Shown: one piece after another, positions 50,875-61,500 of the stretch
How the letters are laid out: the number at the start of each line of letters is the position of its first letter
How positions within the stretch are numbered: the stretch's first letter is position 1
DNA from: Candidatus Hydrogenedentota bacterium
Lineage (GTDB): Bacteria; Hydrogenedentota; Hydrogenedentia; Hydrogenedentales; JAEUWI01
Reading direction: 5' to 3'
Assembly (NCBI GenBank): GCA_034669905.1
Contig: JAXMOL010000006.1
Location: 133,874-197,873 of the forward strand
DNA length: 64,000 nucleotides
Position numbers and translations under genes: made by a program
Notes under the pieces: model-generated
What the model saw: only the letters and a program-made list of their open reading frames with translations
Told to the model about the DNA's origin: nothing
Database searches by the model: none

Positions 50875-51765
50875 TCAGGTGCTTGTCAGGGCTTCCACAT
50901 CCGCGAGGTTGCCGACGGTCGTGACCGAGGGGGCGTTGTCCATGCGCTTGGCGAGGCCCTTTAATACATTGCCGGGCCCGACTTCGAGGGCATCGCCATT
51001 CCCGACTGTGGCGATGACTTCCGTCCAGCGCACGGGGGAGTAGAGTTGTTCGGAAAGCAGGGTGCGGATGGCTTCCGGGTCTTCCACGAGGGTGGCGGTA
51101 ACCGACGAGACGAAGGGAACAGTCGGGGCCTGGATTGTCATGGTGGCCAACACAGCTTTGAGCTGTTCGGCGGCAGGCTTCATGAATTCCGAGTGAAAGG
51201 GACCAGATACCTTGAGGGGCATCACCCGCTTGGCACCGGCATCTTTCAAGGTGCTAACGGCGGTTTCGATACCGGCCTTGGACCCACTGATAATCGTTTG
51301 TCCGTCGCCGTTGTAGTTGGCCACCTGAACCCCTTCGGGAAGGTTTTCACGGATGGCCGCCGGGTCGAGACCCATAACGGCGGCCATGCCCCCTTCGGGG
51401 ATGTTCTCGCTCATGAGGCGGGCGCGCTCGAGGGTAAAGGCAAAGGCGTCGGCAAAGGCGAGGGCACCGGAGACCACCAATGCGGGGATCTCACCAAGGG
51501 AGTGGCCCGCACACCCGGTGGGCGTGATGCCAGCGGCGATCAGGTGTTTGGCGGTGGCGACTTCTACGGCCAGCAAACCGGGCTGAGCGGCCTGGGTGTG
51601 ATTGAGGTCTTCCTGCGGTCCTTCGAAGAGGAGCGTGAGCAGGTCGCCGTCGTAGAGGGCGTTGGCCTCATCGAGGGTGGCCTTGGCGGCGTCAGACTGG
51701 GCATAGAAATCTTGCCCCATACCGACCTTTTGACTGCCCTGGCCGGGAAACAAAAAGAAACTCAT
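50875..51765 (-). CDS. fabD: Malonyl-CoA:ACP transacylase
   Basis: FPGQGSQ, GHSLGE, GPFHS, SPVRW. Confidence 0.95.
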   Translation of the reverse strand: MSFFLFPGQGSQKVGMGQDFYAQSDAAKATLDEANALYDGDLLTLLFEGPQEDLNHTQAAQPGLLAVEVATAKHLIAAGITPTGCAGHSLGEIPALVVSGALAFADAFAFTLERARLMSENIPEGGMAAVMGLDPAAIRENLPEGVQVANYNGDGQTIISGSKAGIETAVSTLKDAGAKRVMPLKVSGPFHSEFMKPAAEQLKAVLATMTIQAPTVPFVSSVTATLVEDPEAIRTLLSEQLYSPVRWTEVIATVGNGDALEVGPGNVLKGLAKRMDNAPSVTTVGNLADVEALTST

Positions 51766-52802
51766 GAATTATTCTCTCCCGCAAGAACTTCGCGCATCTT
51801 TTTCTCGACATTGCGCAGTTCCTCGATATTCTCAGAAATGTGCTGGTTCAGTCGATTGTCAAAGGCGACCCGGGCCCCGTTGATGGCGTTGGACACGCCC
51901 GTGGGATTGGAAGAGCCGTGAATGATAATCACGATGCCGTTGACACCCAGCAGGGGGGCACCGGCGGACTCGTTGGGGTCGACCTTGGCCTTGATGGCGA
52001 GGAGCGACTTCCGCGCGAGCACGGCGGCGATCTTGTTCATGGACGAGGCTTCAAACTCGGCCTTGAGCAGATTGCCGGTAAGGCGCGCTACGGCCTCGCT
52101 GGTCTTCAGCATGAGGTTGCCATTGAAACCATCACAGACCACCACGTCGGCATCGCCGTTAAACATGGCTTTCGGCTCCACGTTGCCAATAAAGTGCACG
52201 TGGGGTGCCGCCGTCAGGTTGCGATGGACTTCCTTCGCAAGACTGCCGCCTTTGGCCACTTCTTCGCCGATATTCAAGAGCCCGACGCGGGGTTTGTCCA
52301 CGCCGAGGGCATAGTGGGAATAGGCAATGCCCATCTCCGCGAATTCGCAGAGGTGGCGTGCCGTACAGTCTACGTTGGCCCCGATATCAAGCAAAAGCAC
52401 CCGCCCCTCAGTGGTGGGGAAGGTGCCGCAAATGGCCGAGCGGGAAACGCCACGTATGGGCCCGAGAATAGTCCGGGCCGCCACGTGGACGGCACCCGTG
52501 TTACCGGCGCTGACAATGGCATCGGCCTCCCCATTTTTCACCAGTCGCATGGCGACCAGGAGGGAGGCGTCTTTTTTATGACGAACGGCATCACCGGGCG
52601 AATCACCCATGGTGATGGCCTGGGACGCATGGACGATCTTAATATCGCCCCGCTTGGGATGGGCCGCCAGTTTTTCCTGGAGAACGGCCTCATCACCCAC
52701 GAGGATGATTTGCGTATCGCGTTCCAGACTGGCCTGCACCGCACCTTCGACTTCAACATCGGGTGCGTTGTCGGACCCCATAGCATCGACAGCGATTCGC
52801 AT
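51762..52802 (-). CDS. plsX: Phosphate acyltransferase
   Basis: IAVDAMG.D, SAGNTGA, LDIGAN, CDGF.GN..LKT.E. Confidence 0.95.
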   Translation of the reverse strand: MRIAVDAMGSDNAPDVEVEGAVQASLERDTQIILVGDEAVLQEKLAAHPKRGDIKIVHASQAITMGDSPGDAVRHKKDASLLVAMRLVKNGEADAIVSAGNTGAVHVAARTILGPIRGVSRSAICGTFPTTEGRVLLLDIGANVDCTARHLCEFAEMGIAYSHYALGVDKPRVGLLNIGEEVAKGGSLAKEVHRNLTAAPHVHFIGNVEPKAMFNGDADVVVCDGFNGNLMLKTSEAVARLTGNLLKAEFEASSMNKIAAVLARKSLLAIKAKVDPNESAGAPLLGVNGIVIIIHGSSNPTGVSNAINGARVAFDNRLNQHISENIEELRNVEKKMREVLAGENNS

Positions 52803-52826
52803 CAGGAGATCTCCGCGTGGCTGCCT

Positions 52827-53009
52827 TTAGTCTTCGTCAACGTTTACAATGAGCCGGTCTTTGTAGTGACCACACTTGGGGCAGACCCGGTGCGTGGGGA
52901 TGCGCTCGCCGCAGCTGGGGCATTCCACCAGGTTGACGGGCGTCAGGGCGTGGTGGGAGCGACGCATGTTCTTTTTGGCTTTACCCGTTCTTCTTTTAGG
53001 TACAGGCAC
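52827..53009 (-). CDS. rpmF: 50S ribosomal protein L32
   Basis: MPVPKRR..., two CxxC, 60 aa. Confidence 0.95.
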   Translation of the reverse strand: MPVPKRRTGKAKKNMRRSHHALTPVNLVECPSCGERIPTHRVCPKCGHYKDRLIVNVDED

Positions 53010-53026
53010 GGTATTACTCCTTGTGA

Positions 53027-53605
53027 TTACGATTCTGGCAGGTCGGGGAACATGTCTTTCAGTCCCGCAAACCCGCTATTCGTTGTTGGCGTTTCTTCAC
53101 TATCTTCATCGCAGGAACACGGTGACGTGTTGCGATTTCCACCACATACGGGGCAGAGACCTTCACACGACTCACTGCAGATAAATTTTGTTGGTGCCGC
53201 CAGGGCGACCTCGTCCCAGACCGGTCGGGTCAGGTCGATTTCGGTGCCCTGATAGGTAAATACTCCCAGCGCCTCTTCGTCCTCATCACTCTCCGCCGCC
53301 GCTTCGTCAATCATCTGCTGAAGAAAGTCCTTTTCCGGTCCTTCTTCAAAGGTCCACGTGACCTCCACCTCAAAGGGCAGGGCGGCACGCTCCAGACACC
53401 GATCACAAATATCTGTGAAGGTGCCGGTGATGACGCCTCGGAACAGGTATTGCTCAATGAGGGGGGTCATCGTGCCGCGAACCCGAACCTGGCCCACGGG
53501 GAGATCATCTATCTCCTTGGGCTTCAGGGAGTTGGCAGATACTTCGACGTCCACGGACAGGCCATGATCCGTGATGGTAACTAATGGAATTTCTAACGTG
53601 CTCAC
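53027..53605 (-). CDS. yceD: YceD/DUF177 protein
   Basis: CDRCL and C.E.CEGLCPVCG.N.N; directly upstream of rpmF. Confidence 0.9.
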   Translation of the reverse strand: MSTLEIPLVTITDHGLSVDVEVSANSLKPKEIDDLPVGQVRVRGTMTPLIEQYLFRGVITGTFTDICDRCLERAALPFEVEVTWTFEEGPEKDFLQQMIDEAAAESDEDEEALGVFTYQGTEIDLTRPVWDEVALAAPTKFICSESCEGLCPVCGGNRNTSPCSCDEDSEETPTTNSGFAGLKDMFPDLPES

Positions 53606-53719
53606 GAATCTTTCACCTTCCACGAGGCGCAGCAAGCCAGAAGTCTATCAAACGAAGACAAGTCCAGTCAAACACTTAAGGGGTATAAAGTTAGCACGCG
53701 ACGGTGTCCAGACAGGGGG

Positions 53720-55003
53720 TCAGGGCGTCGTGTGAAACGGTACGGAGCAAGCTGCGTCGGGCATTATATAACACGTGGGGTGGGCAATTCCTCGTTCCGT
53801 GAGTGCGGCACGGATTTGGGCGAGGCCTTCGGCGAGATCTGGCACTTTGATACCGCCCAGCGCGGATACCTCGGCGGTAGACAAGGTGGTCAGGAACCGT
53901 GCGCCACGGGCCTTTTCCAGGGTAGACAAGGCCGTCTGACCATTTATCTCGGCCCGTTGGCGTAGTGCGGCAATGATGGCTTCCGTGCTGCCCAGGGCCA
54001 ACCACTCGGAAAACTTATTGCCCCCGTAGCCTTCCGGGGCGGGCGCAGCCAAGAGGAGGAGGCCGCCGGGCTTGAGGACCTGGTAGGCGTTATAGAGCGA
54101 TTTGTGACTCTGCACAAAGTTTTTGGCTGTTCCCGCCGATGCCACTACGAAATCCGCCTTCTCGGTATAGGAAACGTGAAAAAGCTTCGATGCCGCGTCG
54201 CAGGCCAGACGATGGGCCTTTTCCAAATCGCCCGCAAAGAGGTGTGCGATGGCACCGTCCCGGTTGAGCACCGTGTTCAGCAGGAAAACCGGCGGGCCGA
54301 GCCGGGCACCCTCCAACATATCTTCTGCCACCGGGTTGCCGTCCAGCCGACCGATGGCCACATCGGGATTCAATTGGGGGGTCGTGGGGTCCAGATTGAG
54401 GGCGTGGTTGGCCGCGATGGTCTTCATGCCTGCGATGCCGGGAAGGAGGGATTTTCGCCCACCCCCGAATCCGCCAAAATAATGGAGGACCACCGTGCCG
54501 GTAACCACCACGTGGTCGGCGTCCATGGCGCGGCGATTCAGGTATACCGGAGTGTCTCGGGAGGTGGTGCCGCAGAAACGGAGCTGTTCGTCATCGTGTG
54601 GGTTGTGGGTATAGGCCTGCGCCCTGAACCGGGAATACATGGAAGGGCCGAGGATTTCTTCCTGCTCTGCCGGGGTGGGGGGGCGATGGGAGCCGGTGGC
54701 GAAAAGAAAGGAGATGGCGCGATCCTCGATACCCCACGCGTTCAATTCCTCCACCAGGGTCGGCAGGAGGTGATGGATGCCCGTCTTCCGAAAGCTGTCC
54801 GACACGATGACGAGCACGGAATCTCCGGGCCTCAGCGTGGACGGCAGGGGAGGGGCATGGAGGGGATTCCTCAGCGCCGTACGCAGCGCGCCTTCCAGGT
54901 CGCCCAGGGGCGGCACATCGGCGGTACGGAGGGTGCCGAGTACGGTAGCCCAATCCAGGGAGGCCCGTAGGGTTTCGTTTCCATAGGGGAGAGTGAAGTT
55001 CAT
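53720..55003 (-). CDS. larA: LarA-family nickel-pincer racemase/epimerase
   Basis: SDxxR, ATGSH, HYFGGFGGGRKSLLPG, ANH. Confidence 0.85.
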   Translation of the reverse strand: MNFTLPYGNETLRASLDWATVLGTLRTADVPPLGDLEGALRTALRNPLHAPPLPSTLRPGDSVLVIVSDSFRKTGIHHLLPTLVEELNAWGIEDRAISFLFATGSHRPPTPAEQEEILGPSMYSRFRAQAYTHNPHDDEQLRFCGTTSRDTPVYLNRRAMDADHVVVTGTVVLHYFGGFGGGRKSLLPGIAGMKTIAANHALNLDPTTPQLNPDVAIGRLDGNPVAEDMLEGARLGPPVFLLNTVLNRDGAIAHLFAGDLEKAHRLACDAASKLFHVSYTEKADFVVASAGTAKNFVQSHKSLYNAYQVLKPGGLLLLAAPAPEGYGGNKFSEWLALGSTEAIIAALRQRAEINGQTALSTLEKARGARFLTTLSTAEVSALGGIKVPDLAEGLAQIRAALTERGIAHPTCYIMPDAACSVPFHTTP

Positions 55004-55248
55004 GAAGGCGGTGTTCCTTTGAAAGCAGGTGTCACGGTCATGATCCCACGGTATCCCATCGGTCGTCAATCTCTTTCCATTCCTTCCCACGGGTTGCTAA
55101 GCCCGTGTCAGAGTGACGGATTTTGTCACAAAATGAAGAAAAACGGCAGGGCCCTCCAAGGGGCTGGCGCGACGTGGTCGCCCGGGTTCTTAACTAAGTG
55201 CTTAGTTAACAATGATTTGAGGAATCTCTCCAGAGACGAGTGCCAAAT

Positions 55249-55263
55249 TGGCACGCTCTTTGC
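55249..55263 (+). promoter_or_regulatory. Sigma54 (-24/-12) promoter of the pilin gene
   Basis: TGGCACG-CTCT-TTGC, about 90 nt upstream of the ATG. Confidence 0.85.
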
Positions 55264-55354
55264 CTATAGGAAGTCACACATTGAGATGACGCGGAGATGG
55301 AGGCCGGGGTGGCCTGCATTGAAGGTTAAGTAAACAGTACAAGGAGGATTCGCC

Positions 55355-55786
55355 ATGAAAAAAGCTAACCAGGGTTTCACGTTGATCGAACTGATGATTG
55401 TTGTTGCTATCATTGCCATCATTGCGGCCATCGCTATTCCCAACCTGCTTCGCTCGCGGATGCAGTCCAATGAATCCAGTGCCATTGGTAACCTGCGCAC
55501 CATCGTGGGGGCCGAAGTGGCCTACCATGCGGCCAACTATGCCTACACCGTTGATTTCGCCGACCTGACCGGCGCGACCCCGTCTTATCTCGATGGTAAC
55601 TGGGGCGGCACCAAGAGCGGCTATAACTATGTGCTCGGCGGTGACGCCAATGCCTTCACGGCCAATGCCAACGCGGCGGCCTACGGCACCACCGGTGGCA
55701 AAGGATTCTTCACCGACTCCAGCGGTGTGATTCGATATGCGGACGGTGCCGATGCGGATGCGACGAGTAATCCCATCGGTGAATAA
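55355..55786 (+). CDS. pilA: Type IV major pilin-like protein
   Basis: QG/FTLIELMIVVAIIAIIAAIAIPNL class III signal, 143 aa, AGGAGG RBS, sigma54 promoter. Confidence 0.8.
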   Translation: MKKANQGFTLIELMIVVAIIAIIAAIAIPNLLRSRMQSNESSAIGNLRTIVGAEVAYHAANYAYTVDFADLTGATPSYLDGNWGGTKSGYNYVLGGDANAFTANANAAAYGTTGGKGFFTDSSGVIRYADGADADATSNPIGE

Positions 55787-55819
55787 CCCACCGCAATAGA
55801 CCAGCTCCTTTAGTCACCG

Positions 55820-55854
55820 TGCGCCAGGCCCTCGGGTCTGGCGCGCGTCTTTTT
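55820..55854 (+). terminator. Terminator after the pilin gene
   Basis: GCGCCAGGCC...GGTCTGGCGC followed by a T-tract. Confidence 0.65.
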
Positions 55855-55948
55855 ATTGGAGCGAGTGTCTGTGCTACTGTTTGGAAGTTTTTATTTTCCG
55901 TCGGGGAGTGTAAACAGGACTTTTGTACGTAGTAGGAGACATTGAGGT

Positions 55949-58207
55949 ATGAAAAGCATCGTCGCATTGGGTGTGGTGGTTATAGCGCTATGGGCGGGTG
56001 TGGCTGGGGCCGAAGTGGCCCGCGATACGCCATTTGTCCAGGAGTATCACGAGCCCTATCCTCTTGCGGGGGGACGTGAAGCCAATGATGTGCGGGCCAT
56101 AGCCGTGGACGTTTCAGGCACGGTCTACACCGCCACCCGTGTCGGTGCCTATCGGCTGGAAGGGGCCACCTGGCATCGAATTCCCGGTGTGGTCGAAGGA
56201 GAATGCTTTGACGTCCTGACCACAGACGACGCGATCTGGGTCGCCGCCTGGAATGGCGTTTACCGTGTTCGCGACGGCGCGGGCGAGCGGGTGGGTGAAC
56301 TCACGGTGCCCGTGAGCGTGTTGGCGTCGGGTCCGGAAGGGGTGGTGGCCATGGGGCCTGATGGTGCCTGGACCTTCAACGGTGAAACCTGGAAGGCGAT
56401 GGAGGCCGACTGGTCGCGGAATTTCAAAGACCTGCTGGCCCTCCCCAATGGCGATTTGTGGATGGCCACCTGGACGGGGCTTTATCACCAGAGCGATGCC
56501 ACGGGATTACGTCGCTATTTTGAGCCGGAAGAAATCACTTCGGGGGCCGTGAATGGCCTTGCGGTCGCGCCCAATGGACAGCTTTGGGTGGGGTGCTGGG
56601 GTGGCATCACGGTCTTGGAAAACGGCGCCTGTGTCCGTCAGATTACGACGGCCGACGGCCTGCCCTACTGGGATGTGCGCTGTATGGCCTTCGCACCCGA
56701 TGGCACCCTCTGGGCCGGAACGCGTGAAGGCATCGGCCGTTACCGCGACGATGATGCCTGGGTCACCCAGAATAATGGGAGCAAATGGTCGTTGCGCCAC
56801 AGCAAACGCTGGCTGCTGGATGACGAAGTGCGGGATATCGCTTTCGATGCCGACGGTACCGCGTGGATTGCGACGGCGAAGGGCGTGAGTGCCATCAAGC
56901 GAAAGACCATGACACTGGCGGAGAAGGCGGCCCACTATCAGACGATCCTGGAGCAACGCCACGTGCGGCCGCCGGGCTTTGTGGAGAAGTGCCTGTTCGC
57001 GCGCCCCAACGATTTTTCTGAGTGGTCCCCCCGCGATGATGATAACGATGGGGAGTATACGGCCCTCTACCTCATGATGGAGGCCTTCCGCTATCAGGTC
57101 ACCAAGAATCCCGAAGCCAAGGCGAACGCTACCCGGGCCTTTGAAGCCATCAGCTTTCTCCACGAGGTGGCGGGCAACACGGGCTTCTTCGCCCGTACCG
57201 TGGTGCCCACCAGTTGGACGGAAAAACACGATCCGAATACGACGTTCACGGAAGAAGAAGTGGCGGCGCGGCGGGTGCGCGATCCCCGTTTTCGCTACGT
57301 AGAGCGGCGATGGCGTCCTACCGACGATGGAAAATGGCTGTGGAAGGGCGACACCAGTTCCGATGAAGTGAATGGCCACTACATGGGCTTCTATTGGTTC
57401 CACGAGCTCGTGGCCGATGAGGCCCAAAAGGCCCAAATCGCCGAACTCATCACGACCCTGACGGACTATATCATGGAGAATGGCTACACCTTCGTGGACC
57501 CTGAAACGGGGAAATATACCCGCTGGGGGGTATGGAGCGAAGAAATCTTTCAGGAGAATCACGACTGGTGGGTCGAGAGCATCATCAACCGTTTCGAGGT
57601 GCTCGCCTACCTGCGCATTGCCTACCACGTTTCGGGCGATGAGAAATATATGCGTGCCCACCGTCGCTTTATTGAAAAGCACGGCTACGGCGAATACCTC
57701 CGCCGCCCGAAGGCCCACCGCATCTCGGAGCAAAGCCGCATCGACGATGGCATGGTCTATGAACTCGGTCCCATCCTCTATCGACTCGAGACCGAACCCG
57801 CGCTGCGCGCCCTCTTGCTCGAAGGACTGACGTGGGTCTATAAATTCGTGGAAGAGGATCAGAGTCCTTACTTTAACTTTTCCATGGCCCTTTGTGGGGG
57901 GGCCGAAACCCGGCTCGAAGAGAGCATGGCCTTCCTGCGTGACCAACCCCTGGACCTGCGCCAATGGGTGGTGGACAACAGCGTGCGGGAAGATATCACG
58001 CTGGTGCGTCGACCCATGCAGGACGCCCTCCAGACCAGCCGCATGGTGCCGCCCAGTGAGCGGGGTGTCATGCGCTGGGATAAGAACCCGTGGGAATACA
58101 TCTCGGGCGACTTTGCCCACCCCGATGGCCTGCTCGAAAGCAGTGGTGTCTTCTGGCTCATGCCCTATTGGCTCGGGCGCTATATGGGGGTGATTGAAGG
58201 GCCATGA
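55949..58207 (+). CDS. Secreted beta-propeller plus helical-domain protein of unknown function
   Basis: Signal peptide; repeated DG.LW.xT propeller blades; acidic DDDNDGEY and DTSSDE motifs in the C-half. Confidence 0.65.
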   Translation: MKSIVALGVVVIALWAGVAGAEVARDTPFVQEYHEPYPLAGGREANDVRAIAVDVSGTVYTATRVGAYRLEGATWHRIPGVVEGECFDVLTTDDAIWVAAWNGVYRVRDGAGERVGELTVPVSVLASGPEGVVAMGPDGAWTFNGETWKAMEADWSRNFKDLLALPNGDLWMATWTGLYHQSDATGLRRYFEPEEITSGAVNGLAVAPNGQLWVGCWGGITVLENGACVRQITTADGLPYWDVRCMAFAPDGTLWAGTREGIGRYRDDDAWVTQNNGSKWSLRHSKRWLLDDEVRDIAFDADGTAWIATAKGVSAIKRKTMTLAEKAAHYQTILEQRHVRPPGFVEKCLFARPNDFSEWSPRDDDNDGEYTALYLMMEAFRYQVTKNPEAKANATRAFEAISFLHEVAGNTGFFARTVVPTSWTEKHDPNTTFTEEEVAARRVRDPRFRYVERRWRPTDDGKWLWKGDTSSDEVNGHYMGFYWFHELVADEAQKAQIAELITTLTDYIMENGYTFVDPETGKYTRWGVWSEEIFQENHDWWVESIINRFEVLAYLRIAYHVSGDEKYMRAHRRFIEKHGYGEYLRRPKAHRISEQSRIDDGMVYELGPILYRLETEPALRALLLEGLTWVYKFVEEDQSPYFNFSMALCGGAETRLEESMAFLRDQPLDLRQWVVDNSVREDITLVRRPMQDALQTSRMVPPSERGVMRWDKNPWEYISGDFAHPDGLLESSGVFWLMPYWLGRYMGVIEGP

Positions 58208-58511
58208 CGCATTTCGGGACCGGGTATGCGATCCGTAGGGTCGCGGCCGGGGACCTGCCACGATAGGCTTTCAGGGCGGCACTTCCATGCGGGCGTGCCG
58301 CCCGTATTTTTTGCAAAGGGCCCAACTCCCTTTCGTTCAAACGGATAGCCGGCACGGTGTTCCGTACGTTTTGTTCAAATTATTACAATAATTTAATTTG
58401 GGCATGTCAGGAATCGTGTTACAGTTGAGGAGGTAATTGGTTGGGTGAGGTGGTGTCCACATGTGCTTCCCACGCGCGGTGCGTCATCCTGATTTGGAGC
58501 GGATTTTCCCC

Positions 58512-61500
58512 ATGGCATGGTTTAAGAAACTGTTCGCGATACTGATTGTTGTTGTAACGGGCGTCGGGGGAGCGTTTTCACCCGTCCACGCGCAGAGCAG
58601 CCTTCCCCCCAAGATATCGGGCGAAATCCTGGCTCACCAGGCGGAAAAGGCGACGGCGGGGCCCCAGGCAAACGGAGATCCTGCTCCGGTAGCCCCGCTG
58701 GGCAATCTGGAGAGCGAAGAGTGTGCGCTCTATGTAGAGGCGCGCTTAACGGAGGCCGACCGGGCCGAACTCGCGTCCAAGGGCATCGTGGTCCATGATA
58801 CCTATGTGCCTCCGGTACCGGGCCAGCATCCCTATGGGTTTTATCTGGCGACCGTTCCCTACAGCAGTCTTCCTGCGGCGTCCGCCGATGCGCGTATCAT
58901 GCGGCTTGAATCAGTCGAGTTTCAGTCGGAGCCCCATAATGATGAGGCGGCGGTCTTCACCAACGTCGATGATGTCCATGCCGGGACGGGTGTAGCTGCA
59001 CGAACGGGGGCAGGTATCAAGATTGCCGTGGCCGACTCGGGTGTGGATCTGACCCACGCCGATTTTCCCACGCCCATCGAACAATTCGACGTGACCGACG
59101 GAATCGGCATGGGGAACTGGGGCACCAATGTGGCGAATACGGTATCGGACCACGGGACCCATGTAGCGGCATCGGCCATCGGGCGAGGCACCCTTTCGGG
59201 CGGATTGTATCTGGGCTCGGCACCAGCGGCCGATTTCTATTTCTATAAAATTGGTAACGACTCCACCTCGAGTGCTTCGGAGGCCGATGAGATTGAGGCC
59301 ATCAATCGCGCCTTGGAAGTAGGCTGCGATATATTTTCCATGAGCTACGGCGGGGTCAGTGTTTTTCAGGATGGTTCGAGTGCGGCCTGCCAGGCGATCG
59401 ATGCGGCCGTGGCGGCCGGGATGGCCTGCTTTGTCTCGGCCGGGAATTCTCAGGAGGACGCCGAGCATGATTCCGTGTCGGCACCGCTGAACAGTACGAC
59501 CGCAAGTTTTGGATTTACTATCGACAATACGGGCAGCGGAAGTACCTACACCACGGGCGAGTCTATCCGGGTCATCTGGCTGGATAACAGCACCTTCGAT
59601 AGCAACATCTCCCTCAACTGCACCAATCTCGGGAGTGGCGAGTCACTTTCCCAGGCCTTCAATTCCATCAGCGCACGAGGCACCGAAGCGAAGCGCTATG
59701 TGTTGACGCCCAATATTGGCGCCGGTGCCTCCAAGACCTATACCTTCACGCTGACCAACAGCGCTACCAGCGGGGATGTGCCCACGGTCCATCTCTACCA
59801 GGTTTCCGGTAAAGGTACCTTCGACAGCCCGGACCCATCGGGTACGGTGGGGGCACCGGCCCTGGCCGACAGTGCGATTGCCGTGGGGGCCTGGACCCAA
59901 CGGAAATCCTGGACGAACTATCAGGGTAGTGGATTCCAGTTCTCCAACTTTACGGTGAATACGCTCGCCCCTTTCAGCAGCCTGGGACCGCGCATTGACG
60001 GCACGATGAAGCCCGATATCGTGGCACCCGGTGCGGCCATGATATCGGCCCGCGACTCCGTCGGCAGCCTGGCCGCGACGGACGCCCTCATCATCGACAA
60101 CGACGGCTTGAATCTGGACGGGTCGGGCCCGGCGAACTACTACGTAAAAACGGGCACCAGCATGGCCTGTCCCTTTGCGGCCGGCCTCGCTGCCCTGGTT
60201 CTGGAAGCCCACCCGACGCTGACCCCTGCCGAGTTGCTGACGGCCCTTACGAGCACGGCCTCACAGAGCGGAACACCCGATGACGACGTGGGCTTCGGTC
60301 TGCTGGACGCGTTGGCCGCCGTCCAGGTGGACGTACAATCACCGACCATTTCAACGATTGCCCGCATGACGCCGGCCCAGTCGGACACGAATGCGACGCA
60401 GGTGACCTTCGCCGTTACCTTCAATGAAGCGGTTAGCGGGGTGGCGAGCAATAATTTCACCGTGGTCGGGACTTCCGACCAATCGACCGCCACCATCAGC
60501 AGTGTGGGGGGATCGGGTCAAAACTGGACCGTCACGGTGAATACGGTGGCCGGTTTCGGGTCGTTGCGGCTTGACCTGGACCAGAATCTTGCGAACATCA
60601 CCGATAGTGGATCCAATCCGCTGTTGGCGGGCCGAACGGGCGACGAAAGCTACGCGATTGACCGGGTGGCACCGACCATTCAGAGTATCAATCGCTCGAA
60701 CCCAATGGCTGCCCTGACCAACGCGAGTCAGGTCGTCTTTTCGGTGACCTTTGACGAAGCGGTGACAGGGGTTGGGACAACCAATTTTTCGGTTTCCGGG
60801 ACTGGTGACCAGAGTGGCGCATCAATTGACAGTGTGGGGGGATCGGGTCAGAACTGGACCGTTACGGTGGACAGCGTCGCCGGCACGGGAACCTTGGGTC
60901 TGGATTTGGATTTGAATCTGGGGAGTGTAAGCGATGCTGTGGGCAATGCCCTCGCGGTGGGGCGCAGCGGGGACGAGAGCTATACGGTGGACCGGGTAGC
61001 GCCCACGGTAGACAGCATCAACCGGATGACCCCGGCGCAGGCGCTCACCAATGCCAGCCAAGTATCCTTCGCGGTTACGTTCAGCGAGTCGGTGGCCGGT
61101 GTATCGGTCGCTAATTTTGTGCGCACGGCCACGGGCGCTCAAACCGGGGGAAGCGTTGCGAGCGTGGGTGGTTCGGGAGCCTCTTGGACGGTCACCCTCA
61201 ATACCGCCGCCGGCACGGGCGACATCACGGCCGACCTCACCCAATCACTGGGTAGTATTACGGACGGCGCAGGGAATGCCCTTGCTGCGGGCCGTTCCGG
61301 TGACGAGAGTTATACGGTAGACCGGGTGGCGCCCACCGTGGGTAGTATCGTTCGGATGACCCCGGCTGGTGCCAACACCAACGCTTCCCAAGTTACCTTC
61401 GGCGTGACGTTTGACGAAGTGGTTACTGGATTGAGCAGTGGCAACTTCAGCGTTTCCGGAACGGGTGATCAGAGTGGTGCCTCCATTGCCAGCGTCGGCG

